Assembly: GCA_020632445.1 (NCBI GenBank)
Contig: JACKFN010000003.1
Span: forward strand, 17,118 to 81,117
DNA: 64,000 bases
Reading direction: 5' to 3'
Source of the DNA: Candidatus Nomurabacteria bacterium
GTDB lineage: Bacteria; Patescibacteriota; Patescibacteriia; Magasanikbacterales; UBA922
Under the pieces are notes generated by a model. The model had not been told where the DNA came from. It searched no databases and saw only the letters and a list, made by a program, of their open reading frames with translations. This document shows positions 21,295 through 29,603 of the stretch, piece after piece (positions within the stretch are counted from its first letter, which is position 1; each line of letters begins with the position of its first letter). The translations under genes and the position numbers were made by a program.

Positions 21295-21873
21295 TCAGTG
21301 GGTGAGTAGGAGTGGGGACTCACGGATCTGGATGGGGAGCACCTCATGGATGATGCCGTAATGCACTGCCTCTCGCGCATTCAGCGTGGCCTCTTGGCGC
21401 ATGAGGTCCAGGAAGACCGCGGGGCGTACTCCGGTACGCCTTGCTATGAACTGAAGAAACCAGCTTTGCGCCACCCGCATTTGGAATAGCCACTCTTCCA
21501 GGTTTTCTCTGTCCTCTGCTTCGATGCGTTCTTGCTCATCGATGACCGTTTCTATGTCGCAGATGGTGATCTCGTCGAGCGGATCACCAATCATGGCTCG
21601 TACTTCGTGGAAGTAGAACGTGGAGTCACCGAAAGCGTACCGCTTGTGTCCCAAAAGGGTTAGGAGGACAGCGGCGGAGCTGACGTCCTGTGAGAGTGTG
21701 ATGATACCCTGGCGTTCGATCGCAGGACCGAGGGATGAGAAGAAGTCGAATCGACCTCCAGGGGAGTTGACGTAGATCCCGTTGGGAGGGTTGACGGAGA
21801 GCAGAGCCCTGAGTACGGTGAACACACCTTCTGCCGTGATCTCGTCGAAAAAAGGAAAAAGTCGCAGGTGCAT
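21295..21873 (-). CDS. ClpP/S14-like peptidase family protein (compositionally GC-rich cassette gene)
   Basis: VNSPGG (ClpP INSPGG), DVSSAAVLLTLLGHKRYA (Ser/His region); visibly higher GC than neighbours. Confidence 0.55.
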   Translation of the reverse strand: MHLRLFPFFDEITAEGVFTVLRALLSVNPPNGIYVNSPGGRFDFFSSLGPAIERQGIITLSQDVSSAAVLLTLLGHKRYAFGDSTFYFHEVRAMIGDPLDEITICDIETVIDEQERIEAEDRENLEEWLFQMRVAQSWFLQFIARRTGVRPAVFLDLMRQEATLNAREAVHYGIIHEVLPIQIRESPLLLTH

Positions 21874-21989
21874 CTATGACTCGCAGTGCCGGTGAATTGT
21901 CAACCTCAAATTGAGGTTTGTCAGATACAATCTGAACATTTATATATAGCATGTTCTGGCTGAAATGTCAAACGGAAAAAAGTTTAAGC

Positions 21990-22092
21990 TTCTTCGATTA
22001 ATGGCAAAGCAAAACCAAAAAAACCGCTTATTACAGCGATTTTTTGTTGTGGAAAATATGGAGCCGAGTAACGGAGGATGTTAGAACTGGAA
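21990..22092. repeat. cassette module copy 3
   Basis: aaaaaaccgcttattacagcgattttttgttgtggaaaatatggagccgagtaacggaggatgttagaactgg. Confidence 0.8.
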
Positions 22093-22096
22093 AAGA

Positions 22097-22927
22097 TTAT
22101 TCAGGCCTTTTTTCCCCAAGTGCAAGAGTCATGTGTTCATCAGACGCATAGGTACATAGAACACGGCCAGCTAATGCAACACCATTTTCAACAATTTTAT
22201 CCTCAATGTCACGAGTAAGCTGTATGCTGCCAGATGGGCCTTGTGATGCGAATAGGACTGCGGTTCCTATTTGGTTTGGAAGTTCATAGACTGAGTCAGG
22301 TTTTTCGTGCATCATTTCCTCCTGATAATACGGTTTATCAGCAAGTTTTATTGTAATAGGCTCAGGACCATCACCAAAGTCAAATTGTGCCTGTATGACT
22401 CCATCGTCAGTAACTTCTATTGTATCACCAACGAGGGGATTAAGTTTGCGAAAAAAGTTATCTAAGACGGATTCATCTGAAAAGATGGTGTCAACGAGTT
22501 CAATTTTTCGTGCTCCTAGTGCTAATACATACTCAATATCATCTCCAGATCCAAGGTAAACGGTTGGAAAATCCTTGAGTATACCCGCAGGGATGAGCTC
22601 TTTTCTTAGAATTTCAGAAACGATTCCCTGTTTTTCTCGGATTTTAGCTTGACGAGGGTTCGTTGTAGTATCAATATTTTCAAATGCTGCTGTGCGACTC
22701 GGGCTATGGAGCAGGGTTTCTTTTTCGGCAGCACTTAAGGGTTCCCAATCGATATTAAGTCCGAGGGCTTCTAGAGCCTCTTTTTCGATTTTTTGCAGTA
22801 TTTCATCATTTTCTGTTTCTATGGCAACACCAGGCAAAACCCGAACAGGTGTTCCATCATCAAATATTGAGTCATCATCTACACAAAGATGTGGTTGATT
22901 TTCTGGGCTGTATTTTTTTCTTGCCAT
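22097..22927 (-). CDS. hypothetical protein
   Basis: Start taken at MARKKYSPENQ (ORF track extends further upstream into the module); acidic soluble protein. Confidence 0.5.
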   Translation of the reverse strand: MARKKYSPENQPHLCVDDDSIFDDGTPVRVLPGVAIETENDEILQKIEKEALEALGLNIDWEPLSAAEKETLLHSPSRTAAFENIDTTTNPRQAKIREKQGIVSEILRKELIPAGILKDFPTVYLGSGDDIEYVLALGARKIELVDTIFSDESVLDNFFRKLNPLVGDTIEVTDDGVIQAQFDFGDGPEPITIKLADKPYYQEEMMHEKPDSVYELPNQIGTAVLFASQGPSGSIQLTRDIEDKIVENGVALAGRVLCTYASDEHMTLALGEKRPE

Positions 22928-22959
22928 AGAAATGTCTTTGGTTTTGTTTTTATAAAGTA

Positions 22960-23090
22960 TAGCAAAATAGTAACTCAGTTCAAACCTCGGTTCCCAGTAC
23001 AACAATGCAAAAAACAAAAACCGCTTAATACAGCGATTTTTTATTGCAGAAAATATTGAGCCGAGTAACGGAGGATGTTAGAACTGGCAA
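22960..23090. repeat. cassette module copy 4
   Basis: cagttcaaacctcggttcccagtacaacaatgcaaaaaacaaaaaccgcttaatacagcgattttttattgcagaaaatattgagccgagtaacggaggatgttagaactgg. Confidence 0.85.
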
Positions 23091-23480
23091 TTACTTTTTA
23101 CAAAGATAATATCCTTTACACTTGATACTTGTGCAACTGCAGACTTTACTGGAGCCATCTATTTCAGTTTCAGAATAGTCGCATGTGATTTCATCCCCTT
23201 GGTTGATTTTCTGAAGGGAAATCAAGTACAAACTTCCGTTTTCGAATTTCAACGAGGTATTTGGATTGCAAGAATGATTTACCCAATTCAGAATACTTGG
23301 ATCGTCTACCCATACAATATCTTGAACGTATGCACGCTGTGGTAATGCATGCTTATAGATTTGGTTTAGAGGAACACAATAGAATTTTTTATGTCTTTTA
23401 ATGTTTATACCAGCAAAAACACCTTTGCCATGAATTTTGCTCTTTGATAAATATAATTCTGTGCTTATTGCGTCTGCCAT
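23091..23480 (-). CDS. SET-domain protein (putative lysine methyltransferase)
   Basis: NHSCNPN and GDEITCDY SET signature motifs plus post-SET Cys cluster CSCTSIKCKG. Confidence 0.8.
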   Translation of the reverse strand: MADAISTELYLSKSKIHGKGVFAGINIKRHKKFYCVPLNQIYKHALPQRAYVQDIVWVDDPSILNWVNHSCNPNTSLKFENGSLYLISLQKINQGDEITCDYSETEIDGSSKVCSCTSIKCKGYYLCKK

Positions 23481-24133
23481 AAACGTAAAATTGCTTGTGC
23501 CAACAACTCTAGTGGATCAATTATTACATATGGACAATCTTTAAGCATAAGGCTGAGTTCAGTACACCCAGTCAAAAGGATGTCTTCTTTGTCTACGTAT
23601 TTTTCAATAATATCCCTTACCTTTTTAGATTGTTGCTGAGGTGTCGTTCCTATGACGTACTTTTTAATACAATCCGAAATAGCCTCTCTGTCTTCGGAAG
23701 ATGGAACAATACAATTAGCTTCAGGATAACTGTATAGACTATTGTCATAGCTTGTTTGGGTAGATAAGATTAAAATCCTTTTTTCTATATCTAGAATCTT
23801 CTTTTTTACCTCTTGTCGTAGATCTAGAATGTTAATGGATGTGGTACTTTGCAACTCATCAAAAAAAACATGTGCAGTATTGCATGCAATGGCTATAAAA
23901 TCTACCCCAGCTCTTTCAAGGAGAGCAATTCCTTCTTTATACGGCCAAAGAGTTTCTTTGGTGATTTTTCCTGTGATTAGATCAGGAGCAGGGATGCTAT
24001 TTATTACAATGTGCGGATAATCGGCATTGTTGCGGATAAGTTGTCTTTCTCTACACATCTTGATAAGATGACCGTATAGCCAGGCTGATGACTCTGGACC
24101 GATACCTCCTAAAATACCAATAGTTTTTTTCAT
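23465..24133 (-). CDS. aspartate/glutamate racemase family protein
   Basis: GILGGIGPESS, IACNTAHVF, LLTGCTELSL: the two Cys motifs of Asp/Glu racemases; overlaps SET gene by 16 nt (same cassette). Confidence 0.8.
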   Translation of the reverse strand: MKKTIGILGGIGPESSAWLYGHLIKMCRERQLIRNNADYPHIVINSIPAPDLITGKITKETLWPYKEGIALLERAGVDFIAIACNTAHVFFDELQSTTSINILDLRQEVKKKILDIEKRILILSTQTSYDNSLYSYPEANCIVPSSEDREAISDCIKKYVIGTTPQQQSKKVRDIIEKYVDKEDILLTGCTELSLMLKDCPYVIIDPLELLAQAILRLWQTQ

Positions 24134-24149
24134 ATACTTATACTTTAGC

Positions 24150-24335
24150 GGAAATGGCTAAGTAGTTCAAACCTCGGTTACGGGTAAAGCAATGCAAAAA
24201 ACAAAAACCGCTTATTACAGCGATTTTTTCTTTTAAAAAAGATTGAGCCGAGTAACGGAGGATGTTAGAACTGAGGATGGGGGATTTAGTAGCTTATTGC
24301 CACTCCTGATAAGTTCACTATGTTCATAAGTTCAT
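24150..24335. repeat. cassette module copy 5
   Basis: cagttcaaacctcggttacgggtaaagcaatgcaaaaaacaaaaaccgcttattacagcgattttttcttttaaaaaagattgagccgagtaacggaggatgttagaactgagg...aagttcactatgttcataagttca (stop codon of next gene inside). Confidence 0.85.
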
Positions 24336-25051
24336 TTTTGAACTTGTTCCAGGTAAGTGGTGAGAATATCTCTAAGTGCATCTATAGTTTTGGCAATGGT
24401 TTCGTCAATCAAAGTGTGGAAGCCTTTGTCGCTAATTTCCTCCCGCATATACTCTTCGATGGCTGCATCTGAGTAAAAAATTGTGTCAACTTTTTTATCT
24501 ATGGTCGAAAAATATGCATATTTAGTTTTTTCACCAAGATTTCTAGTTTTATTCAAAAATGCGTTTTTAAAAGAGTTCTCTAATTTGCGTTCCTTTCTGT
24601 TATAGTGAAAGGAGACTTTGTTTCTGACAGCCTCCAAAGTTAAATTTAGATGAGACTTGTCTTGCCCTTTTGCAATTTTCAGCAGTTCATCCCAGTCAGA
24701 TCGGGTCTTATGAGAGACAGACTGGATAACATCTGAAAAAAGCTTTGTAGAGAATAGTTTACTGTTTGTACTGTCTGTATGTTTTAGGAATTCAAAAAAT
24801 TCATGGAGAATACCCACAAAGTACTTGTTTAGATGAACATTCATACCGCAGTAAGATCCAGAATGAGCGGTTGTTTCAATAGGTTTAGGTTTTCGATAGG
24901 TTGACTGAAATAAGCGGACTATTTTTTTTTGGCGTTGAAGATCATTGTAGACAAAAGCAAGATTGAGAAAAAAAGAGAACACAATATCTCCATCTTTTTT
25001 ATACAACTTTTTTGGATCAGTATTCCTTAACTCTCCTGGAAAATCTTCCAT
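24332..25051 (-). CDS. hypothetical protein (239 aa)
   Basis: Intact ORF; no recognisable motif. Confidence 0.5.
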   Translation of the reverse strand: MEDFPGELRNTDPKKLYKKDGDIVFSFFLNLAFVYNDLQRQKKIVRLFQSTYRKPKPIETTAHSGSYCGMNVHLNKYFVGILHEFFEFLKHTDSTNSKLFSTKLFSDVIQSVSHKTRSDWDELLKIAKGQDKSHLNLTLEAVRNKVSFHYNRKERKLENSFKNAFLNKTRNLGEKTKYAYFSTIDKKVDTIFYSDAAIEEYMREEISDKGFHTLIDETIAKTIDALRDILTTYLEQVQK

Positions 25052-25078
25052 AGTCTACATTTGTATATTTTTAATGTA

Positions 25079-25774
25079 TTATGCTACATTCCAAATACAA
25101 GCGCCGTCTTTTGCCTGTTTTTCAACGAATTGCCAAGTTTTTGCATCGTAATGTGCACTTGATGGATATGGAGGCTTATTATGTGCTTTTTCATCCAGAT
25201 CTTCAGGAGCATTATAAACAGTATTGCCACCAGCAAAAAAGTTCGCGGTGCCGACACTTACAACATGTACGGGCGTTTCTGGATAAGCATTTTTGAGTGC
25301 TCGACTGAGTGTCCCAGATCCTCCCATACACCAAATTTCAGGTGCATCTATCTTTGCTTCTTTGACGACTTCTGTAAGTTTTGATTCAAATGCTGGAAAG
25401 TCGAGACCTATTGGTAAAAAAAGTGCATTGTTCTGCTTGGCATATTCCTGGGCAGTTTTGCTCGCTTCTACTTGTGTGTGTGCTCCTTCGACAATATGGT
25501 AGGTTACATTTGGCATTGCTACCGTCTTTTGAAAAATGTCAGTATCTTTTTTGGGTGACAGGTAAAAGAGGGTGACTTTCTTATTTACTTCTTGTGCGGT
25601 AAGAGCAATGGCGTATGCTGCATGCCCATAGTAATCGCAGGCGTAGACAAGTTCTTCCTCTGGTATGGTATCAATGAGTTTTTTGAATGCTCGTCTTTTG
25701 GTACCTCCTTTATATAGATCGTCGCGTACTACTTGAAATTTTCCTACTTTTTCAATTGTAAAGGCATCGGTCAT
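25079..25774 (-). CDS. hypothetical protein (231 aa)
   Basis: Intact ORF 27 nt upstream of the previous gene (two-gene cassette). Confidence 0.5.
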   Translation of the reverse strand: MTDAFTIEKVGKFQVVRDDLYKGGTKRRAFKKLIDTIPEEELVYACDYYGHAAYAIALTAQEVNKKVTLFYLSPKKDTDIFQKTVAMPNVTYHIVEGAHTQVEASKTAQEYAKQNNALFLPIGLDFPAFESKLTEVVKEAKIDAPEIWCMGGSGTLSRALKNAYPETPVHVVSVGTANFFAGGNTVYNAPEDLDEKAHNKPPYPSSAHYDAKTWQFVEKQAKDGACIWNVA

Positions 25775-25794
25775 AGATATAGGTTATTTGTAGT

Positions 25795-25935
25795 AGAGTA
25801 TAGCAAAATAGCACTTCAGTTCAAACCTTGGTTCCCAGTACAACAATTCAAAAAACAAAAACCGCTTATTACAGCGATTTTTTAATTTGAAAAACGGTGA
25901 GCCGAGTAACGGAGGATGTTAGAACTGAGCAGTGC
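25795..25935. repeat. cassette module copy 6
   Basis: tatagcaaaatagcacttcagttcaaaccttggttcccagtacaacaattcaaaaaacaaaaaccgcttattacagcgattttttaatttgaaaaacggtgagccgagtaacggaggatgttagaactgagc. Confidence 0.85.
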
Positions 25936-25945
25936 AGATGGCAAC

Positions 25946-26851
25946 TTACAATAAACCTCCGACCAATAGCCTAAATTCTTTTTTTGTATTGTAGATTTTT
26001 GTGAGTTTTTCAAAATTTTTATCAGGATCAAGAAGGAGATTCGCGAGTTTATCAACTTCTTTTAACTCTGATTCTGTCATGTTTTCAAAAACCTTGGGGT
26101 TCGAATATTTTGGTCCGTGGTTATAATGAATTTCATTACTCATCAGACTATGAAAATCATAAAAAAGAGACCATAGCACGGGGAGCATACCAAATACATG
26201 TCCTGCATTGTAAAAGTGCTTTGCTGGGATCTTTCCTGAACGAACATCTCGCCAAGCTTGTGCAGGGAAGTCGAATTGACCATTTTTGATATCATAAGGG
26301 TCAACGCTTTTGTCAAAAATTGATAGAGATCCGTCTACGTCGATTGTGACCCAACGTTTTTGTTTTTTATCCCAATATTGATTTATCCAGTGGTCAGTGC
26401 TTACTTTACCAAGAGAACCCATATCAAAATAGTTTGCATGTCCAGCTCTTACTCGGCAAGGAATTCCTTTTGATTTGAGAATTGAGGCCATGAGGATCGA
26501 GGTATATCTACAGGTAAGTATAATTTTATTTTCGGTTTTTCTTTTGAGGGTTAGTCCTTTTTTGTCTCTACGAAAGAGTTCAGCAAGCATCGAAGATGCC
26601 GTTAGTAGGATGTCATCTTCGGGTTGTTTCCACCAAGGAAGCTTTGTCATATCTCCAAAGCGAAGGTCAGCATTGGATCCTGTATTTCCTGCAGCCAGGG
26701 TGGTACGATGAATAATATTTTTACGTACGAGAAGACCAATATCCTCGATGTCATCTGGAAGATTTTTTTTAAGATATTCTTGGTAACATCCAGGATAAGT
26801 GAAGGTGCTAAACTGTTTATAGTGTTTGATAATTTTTTGTGAAATTTCCAT
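25946..26851 (-). CDS. transglutaminase-like cysteine peptidase superfamily protein (tentative)
   Basis: Cys (ILTCRYTS), His (STDHWINQ), Asp (VTIDVDG) spaced as in the transglutaminase-like catalytic triad. Confidence 0.4.
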   Translation of the reverse strand: MEISQKIIKHYKQFSTFTYPGCYQEYLKKNLPDDIEDIGLLVRKNIIHRTTLAAGNTGSNADLRFGDMTKLPWWKQPEDDILLTASSMLAELFRRDKKGLTLKRKTENKIILTCRYTSILMASILKSKGIPCRVRAGHANYFDMGSLGKVSTDHWINQYWDKKQKRWVTIDVDGSLSIFDKSVDPYDIKNGQFDFPAQAWRDVRSGKIPAKHFYNAGHVFGMLPVLWSLFYDFHSLMSNEIHYNHGPKYSNPKVFENMTESELKEVDKLANLLLDPDKNFEKLTKIYNTKKEFRLLVGGLL

Positions 26852-26889
26852 AAAATGACGATATGATTATGTTGTTGATAGTATATCAG

Positions 26890-27070
26890 AGTAATATGGT
26901 ATGTTCCAGTTCAAACCTCGGTTCCCAGTACAACACTACAAAAAACAAAAACCGCTTATTACAGCGATTTTTTAACTTGAAAAACGGGGAGCCGAGTAAC
27001 GGAGGATGTTAGAACTGGGAATGAAAAGTTGGGCTCTTTACTACCACTCCTGAGAAGTGCATGAAGTTCA
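26890..27070. repeat. cassette module copy 7
   Basis: ccagttcaaacctcggttcccagtacaacactacaaaaaacaaaaaccgcttattacagcgattttttaacttgaaaaacggggagccgagtaacggaggatgttagaactggg...gaagtgcatgaagttcataagttcacc (contains stop codon of 27068 gene). Confidence 0.85.
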
Positions 27071-27478
27071 TAAGTTCACCTCAATAGGATATTGATCTCC
27101 AGCACATGGTAAAAGATCTTTTATTGTTGATGTTTGTTCCATACCTAATACTACCTCAGTTTTCAAATTTTTGTTATTTATTTGGTAGATAAATTCACGA
27201 CATCGTCCACAAGGTGGCAAAATGGTGATGTTTCCTTGGTCGTCTTTTTTAGCGGCTACAATTTTTTTGATTTGATATTGGCCTTGGGTGATCATCTGGC
27301 TTACAGCAGTATGTTCAGCACAAAATCCCATGCCTGATATGGTGTCTATACAAACACCTTTGAATACCGTTCCATCCATGGTTTCAAGTGCGCAGCCCAC
27401 ACCACCCATATCAGCATCATCAATACGAATTGGGTGAACTACTTTGAGAGCTTCATTTATAATTTCTTGGTTGGTCAT
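27068..27478 (-). CDS. cytidine/deoxycytidylate deaminase family protein
   Basis: GFCAEHTAV (H/CAE zinc motif) and PCGRCREF (PCxxC zinc motif). Confidence 0.8.
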   Translation of the reverse strand: MTNQEIINEALKVVHPIRIDDADMGGVGCALETMDGTVFKGVCIDTISGMGFCAEHTAVSQMITQGQYQIKKIVAAKKDDQGNITILPPCGRCREFIYQINNKNLKTEVVLGMEQTSTIKDLLPCAGDQYPIEVNL

Positions 27479-27496
27479 AGTTTAGTAATTTTTACA

Positions 27497-28003
27497 TCAC
27501 AGCTTTTTCAGTAGAAAATCTAAAGATTTTGCTAGTTCATTAAATTTTTTCTTTGTATATCCAGTATCATTTGATTCTAGACTTTGTAAATGTATCTTAT
27601 TTCTTTCCGTACGGACTTTATCTAGAATTTTGTACTGAGACTCACTTATTATACTTTTGTCTTTCAAGTATAGATTCAACCTACCAAAAGTAACTCCTTT
27701 ATCATCAATAGAAATTTCCTTTTCTTTTTTCTCGCATATATAGAGATCTGTTGAAATCCCTAAACTTTTAGCAGGTATCTTATGCTTAATGGGATATTCC
27801 CGAGCCTTATCAATTACATGTTTGGGTTTTGGTGTTGAACGTTTAACCAATTGATATACGAATCCCTCAATGATAGTGCAAAGTAATATAATTGCCGCCC
27901 TATAATAGGACGATTTGGCTACATTTGATATTCCCTTTTTTTCAGCATGACTAAGTTGCACTGAAACAGCGGTTATTCTACGGTTGACATTATCCTTAAA
28001 CAT
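27497..28003 (-). CDS. hypothetical protein (168 aa)
   Basis: ORF; one TM helix; no motif. Confidence 0.4.
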   Translation of the reverse strand: MFKDNVNRRITAVSVQLSHAEKKGISNVAKSSYYRAAIILLCTIIEGFVYQLVKRSTPKPKHVIDKAREYPIKHKIPAKSLGISTDLYICEKKEKEISIDDKGVTFGRLNLYLKDKSIISESQYKILDKVRTERNKIHLQSLESNDTGYTKKKFNELAKSLDFLLKKL

Positions 28004-28302
28004 TAAATCTACTTATTTTTTTTGTTAATATTTTTGATTGCCTTACTAAGGGAGGGGTACCCTTTTTTATCAAGAAAAGTTTCCAGCTTCATATCAGAAC
28101 GCACGCCAAAATCTACACCATATGCTTTCTCTATAGTACCGATCTTAGTATCATTTCTTTTTTTTCTAAATTGATTCTTCTTTGGCATACAACTAGATTT
28201 TAGTATGCTAGTATTATATCTCTATACATAGCTTTTGTGAAGTTTATGAAGCACTTAAGAAAATTTCAAAGTTCGTATTTGTTGAGTATTGAGTTTTATT
28301 GC

Positions 28303-28563
28303 CTAGTTACAATGTCTATTGTACTTGGGTTCAGTTGTTATGGGATTTTTAACATCCAGAGCATAATTGCTTGGTTCATCAATTGTCCTTAATATTGGAT
28401 ATGTATATGCCCTTTCTGCCCCGAAGCCACTTGATATGTCACAGTAAAGTGTTTTCAGTTCTTTCTTTAGGTTTTCTACTTCTCGGCTTTGTTTTTGTTC
28501 GTTTATAAAGAAAAAAGTGTTAGAAGCAATCAAAAGAAAAATTAGTGCGCAAAGAGTTTTCAT
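28303..28563 (-). CDS. small secreted protein
   Basis: Signal peptide MKTLCALIFLLIASNTFFF; 86 aa. Confidence 0.35.
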   Translation of the reverse strand: MKTLCALIFLLIASNTFFFINEQKQSREVENLKKELKTLYCDISSGFGAERAYTYPILRTIDEPSNYALDVKNPITTEPKYNRHCN

Positions 28564-28619
28564 AGATAGTTAACGTTTAGCTTATATTAAGTTTGATAGT
28601 GCACAGCTATTTGTTTGCG

Positions 28620-29579
28620 CTAGTTTAGAGTTTCTTCACAGACGTAGGATTGATACTTAGTTTCATACTTGCAGTTTGATCCGCATTCATAGTCAAAGCC
28701 TTCATCCCCATACGAAACTTCATCAATCCAGTCTATACATTCTTCGTACGAGTTAAAATCTCCTTCAATCATCCAGGTCGATTCATCGCTTGGAAGTCCA
28801 TAAGGGTAGTAGAAGCCTGTCCATTTTTCTGACTGTATACTGTCTATTGCACCGTTGGCAAGACCAACTATAAGCGTGAATAAAAAGGCTATTATTCCCC
28901 AAATTTTCCACTTTCTTTGGTATTTCAAAAACACTTCAGGGCTTTCCCATTCTTGAGATTTCCATGCTAGCTGGTTTCCTTTTACACCAAGGTATACCCA
29001 GTAAAATAGGTTTAAAATGGGAACAAACATCCAAAATGTGTGCCATACTTTATTTGGTATGCCCCAGATTATGTTGAGGCCAGCAGCCCCCCAATTCCAT
29101 CGCTTAATTTCTTGTGGTATTTCTGACAAGTCTCCTTTACCTGATCTTGGATCAGCACTTGAGTTTGGTGGAATCAGTGGAATTGTAAGATAAGCAATAC
29201 CGACAGGGATGCCGATTAAAAGTGCCAATAGTCCTGCAACACCTAGTAAGCTTAAGAGAACCCGCACAATGCTCATCATGGTTTCTGCTCCCTCAGAAGG
29301 AGATGCAATACTTGTAAAGACTGCTAATGTAATAGCGTAAAATACCATTATCAAAATCAAAGAAAAAATTGGAAAAGTCAACCATAAGATCCCTTTTTTT
29401 CTGTTGAACTTGCGCTTGATAGTATACTCCGCTTCGGAGACGGCGTATTGACTGGATGAATTATTACTTTTCACGGCTTTGTCTTGTTTTTTGAGTATTG
29501 TGTTAGAAATTGCGTCTCCACAGGAATGGCAAAACTTTGCTTCTTCTCGGAGTTTGTGTCCACATTGAGTACAGAACAT
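28620..29579 (-). CDS. zinc-ribbon membrane protein
   Basis: MFCTQCGHKLREEAKFCHSCGDAI zinc ribbon followed by several TM helices. Confidence 0.5.
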   Translation of the reverse strand: MFCTQCGHKLREEAKFCHSCGDAISNTILKKQDKAVKSNNSSSQYAVSEAEYTIKRKFNRKKGILWLTFPIFSLILIMVFYAITLAVFTSIASPSEGAETMMSIVRVLLSLLGVAGLLALLIGIPVGIAYLTIPLIPPNSSADPRSGKGDLSEIPQEIKRWNWGAAGLNIIWGIPNKVWHTFWMFVPILNLFYWVYLGVKGNQLAWKSQEWESPEVFLKYQRKWKIWGIIAFLFTLIVGLANGAIDSIQSEKWTGFYYPYGLPSDESTWMIEGDFNSYEECIDWIDEVSYGDEGFDYECGSNCKYETKYQSYVCEETLN

Positions 29580-29603
29580 ATGTATTTTGCTAGTGATTTA
29601 AAG

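Noticed and set aside
22960-23010. tRNA-like T-arm (cagttcaaacctcgg) in the module, suggesting a tRNA-derived SINE or a tRNA gene
   Set aside because: No acceptor, D or anticodon arms can be folded. The segment is one arm of the module's terminal inverted repeat.
25900-25935. GGAGGATG (SD plus ATG) on the plus strand of each module, suggesting a module-encoded peptide
   Set aside because: Zero-nt spacing between the SD and the ATG, and no conserved ORF follows across copies.
19300-27080. Classical class-1/chromosomal integron with attC sites
   Set aside because: The module ends (GTTCTAAC / GTTTGAAC) do not fit the RYYYAAC/GTTRRRY attC cores. Every cassette has its own promoter. No intI-type tyrosine recombinase or attI is visible. 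The array is described as integron-like only by analogy.
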